Shown: in pieces, positions 56,508 to 64,000 of the stretch
How positions within the stretch are numbered: the first letter of the stretch is position 1
Layout of the letters: each line of letters starts with the position of its first letter
Source of the DNA: Auanema rhodensis
Lineage: Eukaryota > Animalia > Nematoda
Length of the DNA stretch: 64,000 bases
Assembly (NCBI GenBank): GCA_964057225.1
Contig: OZ059894.1
Coordinates: forward strand, 930,001-994,000
Reading direction: 5' to 3'
Notes under the pieces: model-generated
The model's input: the letters and a program-made list of their open reading frames with translations, nothing else
What the model was told of the DNA's origin: nothing
Database searches by the model: none
Made by a program: the position numbers and the translations under genes

Positions 56508-59500
56508 CCGCATCGAATGCACTATACTACTTTGAGAAACGCTTAATACAAAAATTAGTTATGATCGTTTGAAAAATGATGCATTAGTGTATGTTGAGTT
56601 TCCATGTACACTCAACATTGCTTCCAAAAACATTTTGACAAAAATTTTTTCAAAAAATTTCAAAATAATTTAGCAAAAAGTAGATGTTTTTAGTTTTCTT
56701 TTTTCAAGGCAAAGACGATGGACAATGTTATTCAACGAAAAAATTAATTCTTCAGGGTGAAAATCGAGGATATAAGTGTGAACTTATATCAGTTGATATC
56801 TCGGTGCATTTTTAAGCTAGCGCAAATCTGATAACACAGATCGACGCAGCTTAAAAATCCGCATCGAATGCACTATACTACATTGAGAAACGCTTAATAC
56901 AAAAATTAGTTATGATCGTTTGAAAAATGATGCATTAGTGTATGTTGAGTTTCCATGTACACTCAACATTGCTTCCAAAAACATTTTGACAAAAATTTTT
57001 TCAAAAAATTTCAAAATAATTTAGCAAAAAGTAGATGTTTTTAGATTCCTTTTTTCAAGGCAAAGACGATGGACAATGTTATTCAACGAAAAAATTAATT
57101 CTTCAGGATGAAAATCGAGGATATAAGTGTGAACTTATATCAGTTGATATCTCGGTGCATTTTTAAGCTAGCGCAAATCTGATCACACAGATCGACGCAG
57201 CTTAAAAATCCGCATCGAATGCACTATACCACATTGAGAAACGCTTTATACCAAAATTAGTTATGATCGTTTGAAAAATGATGCATTAGTGTATGTTGAG
57301 TTTCCATGTACACTCAACATTGCTTCCAAAAACATTTTGACAAAAATTTTTTCGAAAAATTTCAAAATAATTTAGCAAAAAGTAGATGTTTTTAGATTCC
57401 TTTTTTTAAGGCAAACACGATGAACAATGTTTTTCAACGAAAAAATTAATTCTTCAGGGTGAAAATCGAGGATATAAGTGTGAACTTATATCAGTTGATG
57501 TCTCGGTGCATTTTTAAGCTAGCGCAAATCTGATAACACAGATCGACGCAGCTTAAAAATCCGCATCGAATGCACTATACTACATTGAGAAACGCTTAAT
57601 ACAAAAATTAGTTATGATCGTTTGAAAAATGATGCATTAGTGTATGTTGAGTTTCCATGTACACTCAACATTGCTTCCAAAAACATTTTGACAAAAATTT
57701 TTTCAAAAAATTTCAAAATAATTTAGCAAAAAGTAGATGTTTTTAGTTTTCTTTTTTCAAGGCAAAGACGATGGACAATGTTATTCAACGAAAAAATTAA
57801 TTCTTCAGGGTGAAAATCGAGGATATAAGTGTGAACTTATATCAGTTGATATCTCGGTGCATTTTTAAGCTAGCGCAAATCTGATAACACAGATCGACGC
57901 AGCTTAAAAATCCGCATCGAATGCACTATACTACATTGAGAAACGCTTAATACAAAAATTAGTTATGATCGTTTGAAAAATGATGCATTAGTGTATGTTG
58001 AGTTTCCATGTACACTCAACATTGCTTCCAAAAACATTTTGACAAAAATTTTTTCAAAAAATTTCAAAATAATTTAGCAAAAAGTAGATGTTTTTAGATT
58101 CCTTTTTTCAAGGCAAAGACGATGGACAATGTTATTCAACGAAAAAATTAATTCTTCAGGGTGAAAATCGAGGATATAAGTGTGAACTTATATCAGTTGA
58201 TATCTCGGTGCATTTTTAAGCTAGCGCAAATCTGATCACACAGATCGACGCAGCTTAAAAATCCGCATCGAATGCACTATACCACATTGAGAAACGCTTT
58301 ATACCAAAATTAGTTATGATCGTTTGAAAAATGATGCATTAGTGTATGTTGAGTTTCCATGTACACTCAACATTGCTTCCAAAAACATTTTGACAAAAAT
58401 TTTTTCGAAAAATTTCAAAATAATTTAGCAAAAAGTAGATGTTTTTAGATTCCTTTTTTTAAGGCAAACACGATGAACAATGTTTTTCAACGAAAAAATT
58501 AATTCTTCAGGGTGAAAATCGAGGATATAAGTGTGAACTTATATCAGTTGATGTCTCGGTGCATTTTTAAGCTAGCGCAAATCTGATAACACAGATCGAC
58601 GCAGCTTAAAAATCCGCATCGAATGCACTATACTACATTGAGAAACGCTTAATACAAAAATTAGTTATGATCGTTTGAAAAATGATGCATTAGTGTATGT
58701 TGAGTTTCCATGTACACTCAACATTGCTTCCAAAAACATTTTGACAAAAATTTTTTCAAAAAATTTCAGAATAATTTAGCAAAAAGTAGATGTTTTTAGA
58801 TTCCTTTTTTCAAGGCAAAGACGATGGACAATGTTATTCAACGAAAAAATTAATTCTTCAGGGTGAAAATCGAGGATATAAGTGTGAACTTATATCAGTT
58901 GATATCTCGGTGCATTTTTAAGCTAGCGCAAATCTGATAACACAGATCGACGCAGCTTAAAAATCCGCATCGAATGCACTATACTACATTGAGAAACACT
59001 TAATACAAAAATTAGTTATGATCGTTTGAAAAATGATGCATTAGTGTATGTTGAGTTTCCATGTACACTCAACATTGCTTACAAAAACATTTTGACAAAA
59101 ATTTTTTCAAAAAATTTCAAAATAATTTAGCAAAAAGAAGATGTTTTTAGATTCCTTTTTTCAAGGCAAAGACGATGGACAATGTTATTCAACGAAAAAA
59201 TTAATTCTTCAGGGTGAAAATCGAGGATATAAGTGTGAACTTATATCAGTTGATATCTCGGTGCATTTTTAAGCTAGCGCAAATCTGATAACACAGATCG
59301 ACGCAGCTTAAAAATCCGCATCGAATGCACTATACTACATTGAGAAACGCTTAATACAAAAATTAGTTATGATCGTTTGAAAAATGATGCATTAGTGTAT
59401 GTTGAGTTTCCATGTACACTCAACATTGCTTCCAAAAACATTTTGACAAAAATTTTTTCAAAAAATTTCAAAATAATTTAGCAAAAAGTAGATGTTTTTA

Positions 59501-60719
59501 GATTCCTTTTTTCAAGGCAAAGACGATGGACAATGTTATTCAACGAAAAAATTAATTCTTCAGGGTGAAAATCGAGGATATAAGTGTGAACTTATATCAG
59601 TTGATATCTCGGTGCATTTTTAAGCTAGCGCAAATCTGATCACACAGATCGACGCAGCTTAAAAATCCGCATCGAATGCACTATACCACATTGAGAAACG
59701 CTTTATACCAAAATTAGTTATGATCGTTTGAAAAATGATGCATTAGTGTATGTTGAGTTTCCATGTACACTCAACATTGCTTCCAAAAACATTTTGACAA
59801 AAATTTTTTCGAAAAATTTCAAAATAATTTAGCAAAAAGTAGATGTTTTTAGATTCCTTTTTTTAAGGCAAACACGATGAACAATGTTTTTCAACGAAAA
59901 AATTAATTCTTCAGGGTGAAAATCGAGGATATAAGTGTGAACTTATATCAGTTGATGTCTCGGTGCATTTTTAAGCTAGCGCAAATCTGATAACACAGAT
60001 CGACGCAGCTTAAAAATCCGCATCGAATGCACTATACTACATTGAGAAACGCTTAATACAAAAATTAGTTATGATCGTTTGAAAAATGATGCATTAGTGT
60101 ATGTTGAGTTTCCATGTACACTCAACATTGCTTCCAAAAACATTTTGACAAAAATTTTTTCAAAAAATTTCAGAATAATTTAGCAAAAAGTAGATGTTTT
60201 TAGATTCCTTTTTTCAAGGCAAAGACGATGGACAATGTTATTCAACGAAAAAATTAATTCTTCAGGGTGAAAATCGAGGATATAAGTGTGAACTTATATC
60301 AGTTGATATCTCGGTGCATTTTTAAGCTAGCGCAAATCTGATAACACAGATCGACGCAGCTTAAAAATCCGCATCGAATGCACTATACTACATTGAGAAA
60401 CACTTAATACAAAAATTAGTTATGATCGTTTGAAAAATGATGCATTAGTGTATGTTGAGTTTCCATGTACACTCAACATTGCTTACAAAAACATTTTGAC
60501 AAAAATTTTTTCAAAAAATTTCAAAATAATTTAGCAAAAAGAAGATGTTTTTAGATTCCTTTTTTCAAGGCAAAGACGATGGACAATGTTATTCAACGCA
60601 AAAATTAATTCTTCAGGGTGAAAATTGAGGATATAAGTGTGAACTTATATCAGTTGATATCTCGGTGCATTTTTAAGCTAGCGCAAATCTGATAACACAG
60701 ATCGACGCAGCTTAAAAAT
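56508..60719. repeat. Nested 3-mer then 4-mer duplications: M162-164 ~ M165-167; M166-169 ~ M170-173
   Basis: TGATCA marker at 57180, 58233 and 59637 (+1053, +1404). CAGAAT, AAACACTT, CTTACAAA and AAGAAGA recur at +1404. Confidence 0.85.
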
Positions 60720-62123
60720 CCGCATCGAATGCACTATACTACTTTGAGAAACGCTTAATACAAAAATTAGTTATGATCGTTTGAAAAATGATGCATTAGT
60801 GTATGTTGAGTTTCCATGTACACTCAACATTGCTTCCAAAAACATTTTGACAAAAATTTTTTCAAAAAATTTCAAAATAATTTAGCAAAAAGTAGATGTT
60901 TTTAGATTCCTTTTTTCAAGGCAAAGACGATAGACAATGTTATTCAACGAAAAAATTAATTCTTCAGGGTGAAAATCGAGGATATAAGTGTGAACTTATA
61001 TCAGTTGATATCTCGGTGCATTTTTAAGCTAGCGCAAATCTGATAACACAGATCGACGCAGCTTAAAAATCCGCATCGAATGCACTATACTACTTTGAGA
61101 AACGCTTAATACAAAAATTAGTTATGATCGTTCGAAAAATGATGCATTAGTGTATGTTGAGTTTCCATGTACACTCAACATTGCTTCCAAAAACATTTTG
61201 ACAAAAATTTTTTCGAAAAATTTCAAAATAATTTAGCAAAAAGTAGATGTTTTAAGATTCCTTTTTTCAAGGCAAACACGATGGACAATGTTTTTCAAAG
61301 AAAAAATTAGTTCTTCAGGGTGAAAATCGAGGATATAAGTGTGAACTTATATCAGTTGATATCTCGGTGCATTTTTAAGCTAGCGCAAATCTGATAACAC
61401 AGATCGACGCAGCTTAAAAATCCGCATCGAATGCACTATACTACTTTGAGAAACGCTTAATACAAAAATTAGTTATGATCGTTTGAAAAATGATGCATTA
61501 GTGTATGTTGAGTTTCCATGTACACTCAACATTGCTTCCAAAAACATTTTGACAAAAATTTTTTCAAAAAATTTCAAAATAATTTAGCAAAAAGTAGATG
61601 TTTTTAGATTCCTTTTTTCAAGGCAAAGACGATAGACAATGTTATTCAACGAAAAAATTAATTCTTCAGGGTGAAAATCGAGGATATAAGTGTGAACTTA
61701 TATCAGTTGATATCTCGGTGCATTTTTAAGCTAGCGCAAATCTGATAACACAGATCGACGCAGCTTAAAAATCCGCATCGAATGCACTATACTACTTTGA
61801 GAAACGCTTAATACAAAAATTAGTTATGATCGTTCGAAAAATGATGCATTAGTGTATGTTGAGTTTCCATGTACACTCAACATTGCTTCCAAAAACATTT
61901 TGACAAAAATTTTTTCGAAAAATTTCAAAATAATTTAGCAAAAAGTAGATGTTTTAAGATTCCTTTTTTCAAGGCAAACACGATGGACAATGTTTTTCAA
62001 AGAAAAAATTAGTTCTTCAGGGTGAAAATCGAGGATATAAGTGTGAACTTATATCAGTTGATATCTCGGTGCATTTTTAAGCTAGCGCAAATCTGATAAC
62101 ACAGATCGACGCAGCTTAAAAAT
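60720..62123. repeat. Tandem dimer duplication (702 bp x2): M174-175 = M176-177
   Basis: Private CGTTCGAAAA and TTCAAAGAAA variants recur at +702. Confidence 0.88.
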
Positions 62124-64000
62124 CCGCATCCAATGCACTATACTACTTTGAGAAACGCTTAATATAAAAATTAGTTATGATCGTTTGAAAAATGATGCAT
62201 TAGTGTATGTTGAGTTTCCATGTACACTCAACATTGCTTCCAAAAACATTTTGACAAAAATTTTTTCGAAAAATTTCAAAATAATTTAGCAAAAAGTAGA
62301 TGTTTTTAGATTCCTTTTTCTAACGCAAAGACGATGAACAATGTTATTCAACGAAAAAATTAATTCTTCAGGGTGAAAATCGAGGATATAAGTGTGAACT
62401 TATATCAGTTGATATCTCGGTGCATTTTTAAGCTAGCGCAAATCTGATAACACAGATCGACGCAGCTTAAAAATCCGCATCGAATGCACTATACTACATT
62501 GAGAAACGCTTAATACAAAAATTAGTTATGATCGTTTGAAAAATGATGCATTAGTGTATGTTGAGTTTCCATGTACACTCAACATTGCTTCCAAAAACAT
62601 TTTGACAAAAATTTTTTCGAAAAATTTCAAAATAATTTAGCAAAACGTAGATGTTTTTAGATTCCTTTTTTCAAGGCAAACACGATGGACAATGTTTTTC
62701 AACGAAAAAATTAGTTCTTCAGGGTGAAAATCGAGGATATAAGTGTAAACTTATATCAGTTGATATCTCGGTGCATTTTTAAGCTAGCGCAAATCTGATA
62801 ACACAGATCGACGCAGCTTAAAAATCCGCATCGAATGCACTATACTACTTTGAGAAACGCTTAATACAAAAATTAGTTATGATCGTTTGAAAAATGATGC
62901 ATTAGTGTATGTTGAGTTTCCATGTACACTCAACATTGCTTCCAAAAACATTTTGACAAAAAATTTTTCAAAAAATTTCAAAATAATTTAGCAAAAAGTA
63001 GATGTTTTTAGATTCCTTTTTTCAAGGCAAACACGATGAACAATGTTTTTCAACGAAAAAATTAATTCTTCAGGGTGAAAATCGAGGATATAAGTGTGAA
63101 CTTATATCAGTTGATGTCTCGGTGCATTTTTAAGCTAGCGCAAATCTGATAACACAGATCGACGCAGCTTAAAAATCCGCATCGAATACACTATACTACA
63201 TTGAGAAACGCTTAATACAAAAATTAGTTATGATCGTTTGAAAAATGATGCATTAGTGTATGTTGAGTTTCCATGTACACTCAACATTGCTTCCAAAAAC
63301 ATTTTGACAAAAAATTTTTCAAAAAATTTCAAAATAATTTAGCAAAAAGTAGATGTTTTTAGATTCCTTTTTTCAAGGCAAACACGATGAACAATGTTTT
63401 TCAACGAAAAAATTAATTCTTCAGGGTGAAAATCGAGGATATAAGTGTGAACTTATATCAGTTGATATCTCGGTGCATTTTTAAGCTAGCGCAAATCTGA
63501 TAACACAGATCGACGCAGCTTAAAAATCCGCATCGAATGCACTATACTACTTTGAGAAACGCTTAATACAAAAATTAGTTATGATCGTTTGAAAAATGAT
63601 GCATTAGTGTATGTTGAGTTTCCATGTACACTCAACATTGCTTCCAAAAACATTTTGACAAAAATTTTTTCAAAAAATTTCAAAATAATTTAGCGAAAAG
63701 TAGATGTTTTTAGATTCCTTTTTTCAAGGCAAAGACGATGGACAATGTTATTCAACGAAAAAATTAATTCTTCAGGGTGAAAATCGAGGATATAAGTGTG
63801 AACTTATATCAGTTGATATCTCGGTGCATTTTTAAGCTAGCGCAAATCTGATAACACAGATCGACGCAGCTTAAAAATCCGCATCCAATGCACTATACTA
63901 CTTTGAGAAACGCTTAATATAAAAATTAGTTATGATCGTTTGAAAAATGATGCATTAGTGTATGTTGAGTTTCCATGTACACTCAACATTGCTTCCAAAA

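Larger units (their letters stand above)
1..64000. repeat. 351-bp satellite DNA tandem array (182 full monomers + 122-bp partial), single orientation, extends beyond both window edges
   Basis: CCGCATC(G/T/C) recurs at 1, 352, 703 ... 7021, 14041, 21061, 28081, 35101 (exactly 351 x n). Later starts at 37908, 49839 and 63879 fit 182x351 - 4 = 63878. No non-satellite sequence seen. Confidence 0.99.

Noticed and set aside
1-64000. Giant repetitive ORF (351 is divisible by 3, i.e. 117 codons)
   Set aside because: All frames are closed in each monomer. Plus strand: TAG at 49, TGA/TAA at 26, TGA at 63 and TAA at 306. Minus-strand stops appear as TTA at 48, 52 and 77, covering all three phases.
1-64000. 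Transposon insertion, inversion or telomeric repeats
   Set aside because: The monomer phase accounts for every base apart from two small deletions, and the orientation never switches.

Overview
The whole window is one uninterrupted head-to-tail tandem array of a 351-bp AT-rich satellite monomer (about 31% GC by hand count), all in one orientation. It holds 182 complete monomers plus a 122-bp partial copy. Only two indels break the phase: -1 bp near 37702 and -3 bp near 49806. I found no coding sequence (every monomer has stops in all six frames), RNA gene, CRISPR array, transposon insertion or inversion. It looks like eukaryotic (peri)centromeric/heterochromatic satellite DNA. Length, A/T tracts, lack of CpG depletion and some motifs remind me of tenebrionid beetle satellites (TCAST1-like), but that is unverified recall. 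The information lies in the variants. The left ~40 kb derives from an eroded 14-monomer higher-order repeat (HOR) that has been reshuffled into local 3-, 5-, 8-, 9- and 13-mer duplications. A 9-substitution micro-haplotype is confined to the left 38 kb, and a distinct homogenised domain spans ~49-60.7 kb. The monomer has a cryptic internal dimer structure, and its conserved blocks carry several hairpins. I cannot support a new gene-based system here. Monomer typing was done by eye. 'pos N' means position within the monomer, counted from CCGCATC; 'M n' is the nth monomer.
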